Position numbers and translations under genes: made by a program. A stretch of 64,000 nt of DNA from Candidatus Nanoarchaeia archaeon (GTDB lineage Archaea > Nanobdellota > Nanobdellia > Jingweiarchaeales > Jingweiarchaeaceae): positions 25,488 to 89,487 of the forward strand of contig JAVZDD010000003.1 in NCBI GenBank assembly GCA_038874075.1. The letters run 5' to 3'. Positions 18,725 through 26,946 of the stretch are shown here, one piece after another. Within the stretch, counting starts at the first letter, position 1. Each line of letters opens with the position of its first letter. The notes beneath the pieces were generated by a model that saw only the letters and a program-made list of their open reading frames with translations, searched no databases and had not been told where the DNA came from.

Positions 18725-19972
18725 TCACTTGTATATTTTAACATACTTTATAACTCCATTGAAATTATCAAATGTTTGTCCTGTCCATTTGTAGTATCCT
18801 ACATCCGCCCCAATTGAGATTGGAACTTCACTATTAATACTCTTTATTCTTGAAATATCTCCTTGAGCTTCGAGCATGCCGTCAACATACAATAATATAT
18901 CATTTTGATTTAAAAGCACGAATATTTGATGGAATTTTCCATCATTATACGCTTTGTTTGTCTCAATCGATACAGAGTTATCACCATCACCAATATCAAA
19001 TCTTATCGTTCCTTCAGAATTGACTGCTAATACAAAAAACTTCCCATTCAAATAATCATTTCTGGATATAATCGTACCACTTGAATTTGGATATATTTTA
19101 ACATCAGTTTCTATTTTGAAAAAATTATCATTTAAATAGAATTTCTCTGAGTCTTTGATTATTACATAATCTTTCTCTCCGTCGAAATATAGACCTCCAT
19201 CTTTCATCTTGAATTTATCTCCCGACGAATAGTCCCAAGTGAGCACATCTAATTTTGATGGAATGTTTTGGTTAATTGGAGAAATTACCGGTTGGCTGAT
19301 ATACTGATCACTTTGATTTAGTGTTTGCATTTGAATTGGTTCATAACCCAAAAATTTATAATCTATTTTTTCAATTTTAATTGTCATATTTCCATCAAAG
19401 GTTAAAATAAGATCATAAGTACTATCAGTTAAATTTAAAATATCACATATCTCTCCACACATATTTTCAAAATAAAATGTTTCAGGTTCTTCGATCGTGA
19501 AATTGATTTCCTCCGTTACATTTATTGTTTGTGTAATTGTTTCATTTGTTGTCTCATTCACAAATGTGATGTTTTGTTCTCTTGTAACGTTCTCTGTAAC
19601 TATTGTTTGATTTAATTCAAAGTTTTTGGAAAGTATAGTATATATCTTCCCATTATTCTCCAAGTAAATACTTAGGTTACCAGAACTATTTGCGATTACA
19701 TAACCAGAAATTTTTACGGAAGTTAAAGTACAATTTGTTAGGTTGCAAGAATTTTTTAATATCCAATTGTAAATAGTAGGTTCATTTGTTTCAAAATTAA
19801 TCTCATCCACATAGTTCAATTCAACCGGGTTCCATGTTTCGTAGATAAAGAAACCCGTGATTGAACTAATTTCATTGAACCCAATGAATATCACGTAGAG
19901 AGATAGAAATAACAGAACTAAACTTATCAGATTTAGTAATGACCATTTGCTGAAAATTATTTTTTTCCTCAT
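18725..19972 (-). CDS. N-terminally anchored, sequon-rich protein with a C-terminal LamG/concanavalin-A-like lectin domain
   Basis: ORF track. TM segment is LLNLISLVLLFLSLYVIFIGF, followed by SSITGFF. The C-terminal about 170 aa (DGGLYFDGEKDYVII...GKFHQIFVLLNQNDILLYVDG...FNGVIKYVKIYK) match the Laminin_G_3 pattern (F.G.ID.V.IY ending). Confidence 0.8.
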   Translation of the reverse strand: MRKKIIFSKWSLLNLISLVLLFLSLYVIFIGFNEISSITGFFIYETWNPVELNYVDEINFETNEPTIYNWILKNSCNLTNCTLTSVKISGYVIANSSGNLSIYLENNGKIYTILSKNFELNQTIVTENVTREQNITFVNETTNETITQTINVTEEINFTIEEPETFYFENMCGEICDILNLTDSTYDLILTFDGNMTIKIEKIDYKFLGYEPIQMQTLNQSDQYISQPVISPINQNIPSKLDVLTWDYSSGDKFKMKDGGLYFDGEKDYVIIKDSEKFYLNDNFFKIETDVKIYPNSSGTIISRNDYLNGKFFVLAVNSEGTIRFDIGDGDNSVSIETNKAYNDGKFHQIFVLLNQNDILLYVDGMLEAQGDISRIKSINSEVPISIGADVGYYKWTGQTFDNFNGVIKYVKIYK

Positions 19973-20032
19973 TTTTTCTCACTGTAAGATAATTAAATTA
20001 ATTCATTTGGATATATAAAACTTAGAGATGGT

Positions 20033-20794
20033 TTATTCTAGTCTGAGTAAGAATCTAGCAATTTTATCAATTATGCTTCTCTCTTCCTCTTCTATGCCAC
20101 AAAGCTTTTTTGCTAGTTCCTTGAATTTTTTCGAAGAACTTGCATTCGGATTCAGTAAAACAACAGGTATCTTGAAAAATAAACTTCTTGCGACTTCATC
20201 ATCATGTGGTATTACCGACAATATTGGAATATCACACATTTCTTCGATTTCTTCAATTTTCATTCTGTATTTTTTCTTATACATGTTCACAACAAGCCCA
20301 GTCAATTTTACATTGTATTCATTCAACACATCTTTAACTCTCATCACATCAACAACACTCATGAAATTTGGATTTGCTACTAAAAGAACTTCGCTTGAGG
20401 CGAGTAATGTTCCCATCGTTTCTCTTCCGAATCCTGGTGCAGAATCAAGAAGTACGAAGTCTGCCATACCTAATACATCTTTTATCTTTTTCCTTAGGTT
20501 CACGATATCAACACCAATCATGCTGTGCGAGGAAAGAGAAGCAGGAATGATTTTCACACCACTTTTGTGTTCGTATATTGCATCATAGATTTCATATTTT
20601 CCCTTTAACACGTCATTTATCGTAACAGAATAATCATGAATTCCGAAATAGAGCGCCAAATGCGAAGTAGATATATTGCAATCAACAATTATCACTTCCT
20701 TACCCAATTGCGCAAGACATACGGCCAGATTTGCAGTTACTGTCGTCTTACCAACTCCACCCTTTCCAGACATAATTCCAATTACCCTGGTCAT
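20033..20794 (-). CDS. MinD/ParA-family P-loop ATPase (deviant Walker A)
   Basis: MTRVIGIMSGKGGVGKTTVTANLA... carries the KGGxGK[ST] deviant Walker A motif. Length is 253 aa. The start ATG overlaps the TGA of the upstream 469-aa gene (tcat at 20791-20794). Confidence 0.9.
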   Translation of the reverse strand: MTRVIGIMSGKGGVGKTTVTANLAVCLAQLGKEVIIVDCNISTSHLALYFGIHDYSVTINDVLKGKYEIYDAIYEHKSGVKIIPASLSSHSMIGVDIVNLRKKIKDVLGMADFVLLDSAPGFGRETMGTLLASSEVLLVANPNFMSVVDVMRVKDVLNEYNVKLTGLVVNMYKKKYRMKIEEIEEMCDIPILSVIPHDDEVARSLFFKIPVVLLNPNASSSKKFKELAKKLCGIEEEERSIIDKIARFLLRLE

Positions 20795-22200
20795 TTCTCT
20801 TCCTCTCTACTTTCCAATGCCTTTAATCTTTCTTCACATTTTTCCTTTATTTCATCATATGCATTCTTTGATATATTGCCAATTGCATATTCTTTTTCAA
20901 TTATCTTCAATAGTTGTCTGAGTCGCTTTATTTTCTCTTTTGGTGCTGTCTCTTTTTCTTCAGCTATCTTTTCCTTTACGGCCTCCATGAACTTCTTATC
21001 TATTTCTCCCTTCATCTTCTTTACATCGATTTGAGCACCAGGTATTCCTTTCTCCATCGTTCTCAATACTTCTGAACTATAGAAACTCAATATTCTAGCA
21101 AGCCTTTTTTCTGACCATCGATGGTAAATGTAAATCGCAATGATTGGTATTGTGATTAACACGATATAAGAAATGATAATTAATGTATTCATCTTTGCAT
21201 ATTCTGGTAGATATGGTAAATTGTTTATCTGTTCTTCACTTTTTGTCAGCAATTCATCCGCACTTGCAAGCGCAATCAATGCTTGGTCAAATTTTTCCTG
21301 CTCCAAGTACTGCTTGGCAAAATTTAATTGCATCTCAGCCTGTTGTATTAGCAATGAAATTGAAGACGTATTTCTTCCTTCAAATATCGCTGCTTGCATC
21401 TTTAACTTTGCATCATTCAATCTAACTTCAAGTTTCTGCATATCGAACATGGCAAGTTCCTTTGCAGAGGTGAAAACGCGCATTAATGCCTTCTTGACAT
21501 CAAACAAACCTTCTGCTGATGAAACACGCATCGTTATTTCATAATTCTTTGTTGTTGCATTTGGGGGCACATTTATTCTAAAAGAAAACACAAGCTCTGT
21601 GTTTGGTAGTATACGATCGTAAATTTCCGGTGAAATCGTGTACCAATCATTTTCAATACCATCAATTGTGAACGTTAAATTGTGGAGTATTTCATCTCCA
21701 CTGTTCCTCACTTTTAATGTAAAAAGTTTTGACCACCCACGTTCAGCGCTTATCTCAATTGGATATTCAGTGATGTTGAGATTTGTGGTAGTTATGTTTA
21801 CGATTCCCTTTGCAACGTAAAATTGTTTGTTCGTAGATAAATCAGTACTCGTATTGCTGAACTTTAACTTTACCTTTAATAAGTAATTTCCTGGGGGTTG
21901 TATTGAGAAGATGTAAACTTCTCTAGACAAATTAACAAAGGCAGGAGCATCGCTAATATAAACGATTGTTGTTTCCCTTATCCAAGTACCACCATCCATC
22001 GATTCAATCCAATACTCTATTGATGCATCAGCGCCAGGACCACGTGTTTTGTTTATTAAGATATTAAAGGGTAAAAATTCTCCCTGTCTTACAATTGTCT
22101 TATCCAATTCAATACTGACTGTACCTTCCTGAATTTGAGCATTTGAAATAGAAAAAATCAATAGTGGAAGTACGATGAAGATGAAAATCTTTTTTTCCAT
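20791..22200 (-). CDS. Bitopic surface protein: signal peptide, two Ig-like (CARDB/NEW3-like) domains, helical stalk, TM, K/E-rich cytoplasmic tail of about 100 aa
   Basis: ORF track. Signal peptide is MEKKIFIFIVLPLLIFSISNAQ. TM segment is LIIISYIVLITIPIIAIYIY. The tail ends ...KEYAIGNISKNAYDEIKEKCEERLKALESREEEK. Confidence 0.85.
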   Translation of the reverse strand: MEKKIFIFIVLPLLIFSISNAQIQEGTVSIELDKTIVRQGEFLPFNILINKTRGPGADASIEYWIESMDGGTWIRETTIVYISDAPAFVNLSREVYIFSIQPPGNYLLKVKLKFSNTSTDLSTNKQFYVAKGIVNITTTNLNITEYPIEISAERGWSKLFTLKVRNSGDEILHNLTFTIDGIENDWYTISPEIYDRILPNTELVFSFRINVPPNATTKNYEITMRVSSAEGLFDVKKALMRVFTSAKELAMFDMQKLEVRLNDAKLKMQAAIFEGRNTSSISLLIQQAEMQLNFAKQYLEQEKFDQALIALASADELLTKSEEQINNLPYLPEYAKMNTLIIISYIVLITIPIIAIYIYHRWSEKRLARILSFYSSEVLRTMEKGIPGAQIDVKKMKGEIDKKFMEAVKEKIAEEKETAPKEKIKRLRQLLKIIEKEYAIGNISKNAYDEIKEKCEERLKALESREEEK

Positions 22201-22223
22201 TAAAACTAATTTAAAGATTTGCG

Positions 22224-22231
22224 TTTTATAA
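22224..22231 (-). promoter_or_regulatory. TATA-like box for the minus-strand operon (469-aa gene / MinD ...)
   Basis: Plus strand ttttataa. Its centre is about 27 nt upstream of the ATG at 22200, which is compatible with a leaderless archaeal transcript. Confidence 0.4.
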
Positions 22232-22285
22232 TTCTTTCTTTTTAAATCTTTTCCTGCATCTGTTTTTAAGTAAATCCGAAAGAGA

Positions 22286-22292
22286 TTTAAAT
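22286..22292 (+). promoter_or_regulatory. TATA-like box for the plus-strand six-gene operon
   Basis: TTTAAAT is centred 26 nt upstream of the ATG at 22315 (leaderless geometry). AGATTTAAA here is the inverted copy of TTTAAATCT at 22241-22249. Confidence 0.4.
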
Positions 22293-22314
22293 GATGAAAG
22301 TTTCTTATTAGAAC

Positions 22315-22866
22315 ATGAACAAAGAATTTGATGCCATGTTAGTAGTAACAATTGCCATCATTGTTTTAGGAGTTTTTTCTGTGATCGCATACAGGGAAAA
22401 CCTTGTTTCTGGAATTGCTTCATTGACCGGTTACGCAACATGGAATCAAACAACTTCCGCGAGTGTTACAGTGAATGAGTACATCTCAGCAACTCTTTCA
22501 AACATACCAATTGATTTCGGTAGCTTAGATCCAGGTACAACAAACCAACCTGCAACGAATAATCCATTATTAGTTCAAGTCGGAGCAGAAACAAATGTTG
22601 AATATAACATCACTTTGAATGGTACCACTAATTTCGTCTCAGGTGGAAATAGTTTCTCTGTAGGAAATCTCTCTTACAACACAACAGAAATTACAACACC
22701 AACACCTTATGAATTAAATGTTGAAAAAAATGCATACACGAATGAACCATGTCCCTGCGGAACACAAGCAGATAGAAACGTCTGGCATTACATTTCTGTG
22801 CCAGCTGGACAAGTAGCTGGAGCGTATTCAGCAAACATAAAAATCACAGTGAAGAAGAGTACGTAA
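22315..22866 (+). CDS. Small N-terminally anchored beta-rich protein, subunit-like paralog 1
   Basis: ORF track. TM segment is MLVVTIAIIVLGVFSVIAY, followed by SLTGYATW. Motifs ISATLSNIPIDFGSLDPG, ETNVEYNITLNG, FSVGNLSYNTT, CPCG and the terminal strand WHYISVPAGQVAGAYSANIKITV are shared with ORF 23621 and with the C-terminus of ORF 16535. Confidence 0.85.
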   Translation: MNKEFDAMLVVTIAIIVLGVFSVIAYRENLVSGIASLTGYATWNQTTSASVTVNEYISATLSNIPIDFGSLDPGTTNQPATNNPLLVQVGAETNVEYNITLNGTTNFVSGGNSFSVGNLSYNTTEITTPTPYELNVEKNAYTNEPCPCGTQADRNVWHYISVPAGQVAGAYSANIKITVKKST

Positions 22867-22904
22867 ATATTAAATATCAAAATTACCTAAGTTAAGAAAG
22901 CGAG

Positions 22905-23624
22905 GTGCAAAAAATGACAAGAATAGTTAGCTCTTTAAAAATTGTTTCCATGCTTCTACTCTTTATAATGTTTCTAAACATTTCACACGCACAAAAGTGT
23001 AGTCTTGGAATGACTCCTCTTTCTGCATCTGTGAGAGCGACCCCAGGACAAACTGCGATCATAATTTGGAATTTATATAACATTTATGGTGATAGATTAA
23101 CACATGTAAGTTTGACATACACTTCAGATGTTGATTGGCCTGTTACATTTGATCCAGCGCTTAAAAATGTAACGTATGACATTGCAGGACAAATAGTAAC
23201 TGTTACTGAGAACTTGGCATTGGAACCAAATCCACCAGTAACAGTAAAACCTGAAGTAATTCCACCAGGAACAAACTATGTAAAACATCCATTCACTGAT
23301 GAGTACATTCCTGTAAAGACTGTTAAAATATCAATAAAAATTCCTGAAAATGCTGAGGTTTGGAAGACACATGAATTTACAATATTGGCTGAGGGAAATT
23401 GCTTCACTGCACCTGGTGCAGTTATACCATCACTTTCAACTCCATTGAAAATTACACTTCAAGTGGTTCCAAGAGAATTTTATGAAAAGGCAGTTTTACA
23501 AATACCATGGTACGTCCAATATAGCTATGTGATTATTGCAATCGTGATAATCGTGCTCTTAGGAATAATATATTGGAGTTATAGAAGAGGAAAAAAATTA
23601 ACCCAAAAAGTGAGTAAAAAATGA
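22905..23624 (+). CDS. C-terminally anchored Ig-like surface protein, partner paralog 1
   Basis: ORF track. It has a signal peptide, then AQKC, and a C-terminal TM (YVIIAIVIIVLLGIIYW) followed by RRGKK. It is paralogous to ORF 24264 through shared LYN[IL]YG, THV, IP[VA]K.V...I..P.NAE[VL]WKT and VVP.E[FY]YE[KR]A. Confidence 0.85.
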   Translation: MQKMTRIVSSLKIVSMLLLFIMFLNISHAQKCSLGMTPLSASVRATPGQTAIIIWNLYNIYGDRLTHVSLTYTSDVDWPVTFDPALKNVTYDIAGQIVTVTENLALEPNPPVTVKPEVIPPGTNYVKHPFTDEYIPVKTVKISIKIPENAEVWKTHEFTILAEGNCFTAPGAVIPSLSTPLKITLQVVPREFYEKAVLQIPWYVQYSYVIIAIVIIVLLGIIYWSYRRGKKLTQKVSKK

Positions 23625-24274
23625 AATTTGAAATACCACTAGGACATATCATTGCAATTCTAATAGGATTACTTGTATTTTTTCCTGTGTACAACTACCT
23701 AAGCTTTGGAAGAATAGGAGTCGAAGTTACAGGTTTCGAAGCATTACCAAAAACACAGCAAGCACAAGCAATTCTAAGCATAAATAGATACATCAATACA
23801 GGCATCGATAAAGTACCAATTGATTTTGGTTCTGTAGATCCAGGTTACACATACAATGCAACTCCAAATTCTGGATGGCCTTCAGAATTAATATTATATT
23901 GGGAAACAAACGTTGAAACAAATGTAACATTTTGGGGCACTCAATACTTTTGCAGAAGTAATACAGCCTGTGATGTTGAGCTCGTGAATAGGTTTCAAAT
24001 TGGTAACTTAACGTTCAATACCACAAGCATTAATTTCACGCAGCCAGGGGATGCATGGATGCATTACATTTGGGGAAAGTTTGATAATACAATTCCACAG
24101 AAATCAGTTAATTATACAGAAGCGAATGCTGATTTGATATATAACACAACTTGCCCTTGCGGTGAAGAAAATTATACATTACCAAATTACTTCAGATTGT
24201 CTGTTCCCCCAGGTGTCAGAACAGGAAATTGGAACGCAACCGTCACTTGGAAAGTGATAGATATTGGAACATAA
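23621..24274 (+). CDS. Small N-terminally anchored beta-rich protein, subunit-like paralog 2
   Basis: ORF track. ATGA overlap with the upstream gene. N-terminal hydrophobic segment is HIIAILIGLLVFFPVY, followed by VTGFEAL. Motifs: VPIDFGSVDPG, ETNVETNVTFWG, FQIGNLTFNTT, CPCG and YFRLSVPPGVRTGNWNATVTWKV. Confidence 0.85.
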   Translation: MKFEIPLGHIIAILIGLLVFFPVYNYLSFGRIGVEVTGFEALPKTQQAQAILSINRYINTGIDKVPIDFGSVDPGYTYNATPNSGWPSELILYWETNVETNVTFWGTQYFCRSNTACDVELVNRFQIGNLTFNTTSINFTQPGDAWMHYIWGKFDNTIPQKSVNYTEANADLIYNTTCPCGEENYTLPNYFRLSVPPGVRTGNWNATVTWKVIDIGT

Positions 24275-24986
24275 AATAATCCAAAAACTTTCAATTTGTA
24301 GCCTTTTTTTATTTGTACTTTTCTCTATCTCTTTTGCCCAATGTGATTTTGGAACAATGCAGCCAGTGCTCGCTTATAGTGCTGCACCTGGTGCAATCAT
24401 AAATGCAAAAATCTATTTGTACAATCTTTACGGTACTTATCCAACACATGTCTTGTTCAATGTTACAACAGCACCCCCAAATTGGGTAATTAATATTAAT
24501 CCTCCAGCCAGGAATGTGATTTATGAGATTCCAGGAGGAACAACAACCATATTTGAAAATGTTGGCGTCGAGCAGATGGATAGGGTAAATGAAACACCCG
24601 CTACACCTCCCGAAGGAATTGAATATATAAGAGACCCAGTTAAGATTGGTATGTTTATACCAGCAAAAGTTGTTTATGTGAACATAGAAGTACCAAACAA
24701 CGCTGAACTTTGGAAGACGTACGATATAAAGATCTCAGCAAGTGCTTGGTGCACTGGTGGCGCTCCTGGTACAGTTGGAGCAACGCAATCAAGGGACTTC
24801 AATTTCCAAGTTAAAGTTGTACCAACGGAATATTATGAGAGAGCACAAGTGAAAGTTGGATGGATTGAATTTTTAAGACAAAACGCAATTCTCGTTGCAT
24901 TAATTGTAGCAATCATTGTCGTAATTCTCATAATCTTCGTATTAAAGAGGATGGGAAAATTAATATTGAAAGTTGAACTTAAATAG
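24264..24986 (+). CDS. C-terminally anchored Ig-like surface protein, partner paralog 2
   Basis: ORF track. 11-nt overlap with the upstream gene. It has a signal peptide, then AQC, a C-terminal TM (ILVALIVAIIVVILIIFVL) and KRMGK. Conserved blocks as in ORF 22905. Confidence 0.85.
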   Translation: MEHKIIQKLSICSLFLFVLFSISFAQCDFGTMQPVLAYSAAPGAIINAKIYLYNLYGTYPTHVLFNVTTAPPNWVININPPARNVIYEIPGGTTTIFENVGVEQMDRVNETPATPPEGIEYIRDPVKIGMFIPAKVVYVNIEVPNNAELWKTYDIKISASAWCTGGAPGTVGATQSRDFNFQVKVVPTEYYERAQVKVGWIEFLRQNAILVALIVAIIVVILIIFVLKRMGKLILKVELK

Positions 24987-26946
24987 ATTTATGGATAAAT
25001 CGAAATTGTCCATTCTTTTTATTTTCTTCGTACTATTCAGCATTGTATTTGCAAATTCTCCAACTGCTGAATCTAGTGTCACATTCAGCGTCCAAGACCT
25101 GTATCCAAACGTCTCGATTGAACCAAGCCCCATTTTAATTAAGATTAGACCGAATTCAAGTGATAGATACAGTATCGTTGCAAGGTCATTGATTGGAAAT
25201 TTACCGATAAACGTTTCATTTGAATTACTTGGCAATGTAACGAACATTTCTTTCATATATCCAACAGAGCTTTCACTTGATGTACTAGAAGCGAAATCAA
25301 TCGGATTTTATATCTCAACTGAAAACATTTCTGTTTCGAATTACACAGGTGAACTTCACTCCATAATAAATGAAACAGGTGTTGAGAACTCAACACCCAT
25401 ATTTATTGAAGTGAGTGAAAATGTTGGGAGATTTCATATACATGTGGTTGATGAGGCAAACAGATCATTGGAAGGAGCATTCGTGCAAGTGTACCAAGGT
25501 GTAAATTTCGTTGAACAGGGCTATACAGATGGTAATGGGATGTACATTACCCATTATTATGACATGGATTTGTACTATGCCTTTCTCGTGATGAGAGAAG
25601 GTTATACCTCTACGACAAGAGGTAAAAGACTAACTGAGCCTGAAATGTACTTTGAGATTGTTATGGGAGGTACTCCTCAATTGAATTTCAATCCTAGCAA
25701 TGTGACAATTTCAATGTATATAAATCAAACAAGAAATAAAACACTCACGCTTGAAAATATTGGTACTGGAAAGGAGAAGTGGATAGAAATAATTTCAGAT
25801 ACTAGTTGGTTAGTTCCGAACGTTAGAGAGATCGAGTACATAGAACCAGGTGGTTATCGTGAAATCACTGTGAACATTGGACCATTTTCACAGAGTGGAA
25901 CATACACAAGTAGACTAAGAGCATTTGGTTACAAATCAAGTGCTATTGCATATTTTACAATCGATGTACGTCTACTTCCTTTTTGTGGTGATGGTGTTTG
26001 TGGAGGAAACGAAACATGTGAAAATTGTCCAGAAGATTGTGGACCTTGTCCACCCCCACCACCTTTACCACCAGGTCCACCTGGTCCCGGTGGTGGTGCA
26101 CCCACACAACCAACCCAACCAGGTGCAGGAGTGACTCCGGGTGCGGGAGCAGGAGGAGCACCAGGTGCTGGTGCGGGGGGAATAGGAGCAGGTGGCGCTT
26201 ATCCTTGGGAACAAATTACCAGATTTCCAAGACTCGATGTCTCATATCCAAGAGAAATCACACTTACGAAGTTGGTTCCAAAATTAGTATTTATTTACAT
26301 AAAAAATGTCGGTGAAATTCCGATTACTAATATGGCCCTCTATACGAACGCAACGAATATTTCAATTGAAATTCATCCGATAATGTATTCAATTTTATTC
26401 ATAAATGAAACCAGGATTTTTTTATTAAAGCTACTTGCCAGTGAGATAACACAAGGAAACATTATCTTGAAAATTGATTCTGGTGAAATTGAAACATACA
26501 ATGTCATAAAATTTAATGTTATTTCATCAGAGGTTGATCCAGAGGCACTTTTGAGAGAAATTGATTCAATCATAAATGTTCTTAGGAAAGCAAATGAGGA
26601 AGTTGAAGAACTGGCAAAGGAGGGTTACACAGTAGCACCAGCTGTTTCGCTCATAAATGCAATTGAAAGCAAGTTATTAAAAGCAAGAGATGCAGTTCGT
26701 GCTAAGGCGTATTATGAAGCAAAGGCAAGGATCGATGATTCACTTAGGGACATCGATGACTTGTATATGATGATTTCGAAGATAAGGGAGCAAGGTCCTG
26801 CAAAGCCAGCAGGAATAAATTGGTGGCTCATTTTATTATTAATAATTTTATTGATTTTAATCTTAATTTTAATAATTAAGAGAAGGAAGAAAAAGGAGGA
26901 GGTTGAGGAAGTTAAAATACCAAAGAAAAAAGCTGAGAAAAAATGA
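24973..26946 (+). CDS. Large type-I anchored surface protein: Ig-like domains, carboxypeptidase-regulatory-like domain, CGDGxC Cys knot, Pro/Gly linker, helical stalk, TM
   Basis: ORF track. Landmarks: HIHVVDEANRSLEGAFVQVYQG...GYTDGNGMY; FCGDGVCGGNETCENCPEDCGPCPPPPPLPPGPPGPGGGAP...; helical ALLREIDSIINVLRKANEEVEELAKEG...; TM WWLILLLIILLILILILII followed by KRRKKK. The true start may be the second Met (MDKSKL, 24991). Confidence 0.85.
   Translation: MNLNRFMDKSKLSILFIFFVLFSIVFANSPTAESSVTFSVQDLYPNVSIEPSPILIKIRPNSSDRYSIVARSLIGNLPINVSFELLGNVTNISFIYPTELSLDVLEAKSIGFYISTENISVSNYTGELHSIINETGVENSTPIFIEVSENVGRFHIHVVDEANRSLEGAFVQVYQGVNFVEQGYTDGNGMYITHYYDMDLYYAFLVMREGYTSTTRGKRLTEPEMYFEIVMGGTPQLNFNPSNVTISMYINQTRNKTLTLENIGTGKEKWIEIISDTSWLVPNVREIEYIEPGGYREITVNIGPFSQSGTYTSRLRAFGYKSSAIAYFTIDVRLLPFCGDGVCGGNETCENCPEDCGPCPPPPPLPPGPPGPGGGAPTQPTQPGAGVTPGAGAGGAPGAGAGGIGAGGAYPWEQITRFPRLDVSYPREITLTKLVPKLVFIYIKNVGEIPITNMALYTNATNISIEIHPIMYSILFINETRIFLLKLLASEITQGNIILKIDSGEIETYNVIKFNVISSEVDPEALLREIDSIINVLRKANEEVEELAKEGYTVAPAVSLINAIESKLLKARDAVRAKAYYEAKARIDDSLRDIDDLYMMISKIREQGPAKPAGINWWLILLLIILLILILILIIKRRKKKEEVEEVKIPKKKAEKK

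Noticed and set aside
20028-21544. Plus-strand ORFs 20028-20588, 20368-20550, 20636-21034, 20676-20921, 21173-21544 and 21183-21425
   Set aside because: They are antisense to the MinD-type ATPase and the 469-aa surface protein gene, both well supported. They are shadow ORFs.
22315-24274. Reading the 183-aa and 217-aa proteins as type IV pilin-like proteins with class III signal peptides (cleavage after MNKEFDA / MKFEIPLG)
   Set aside because: The short charged N-terminus followed by a hydrophobic helix is suggestive. However, the usual basic residue at -2 and Gly at -1 are not both present. No prepilin peptidase, PilB/ArlI ATPase or PilC/ArlJ platform gene is in the window. It is left as an untested alternative to the donor-strand idea.
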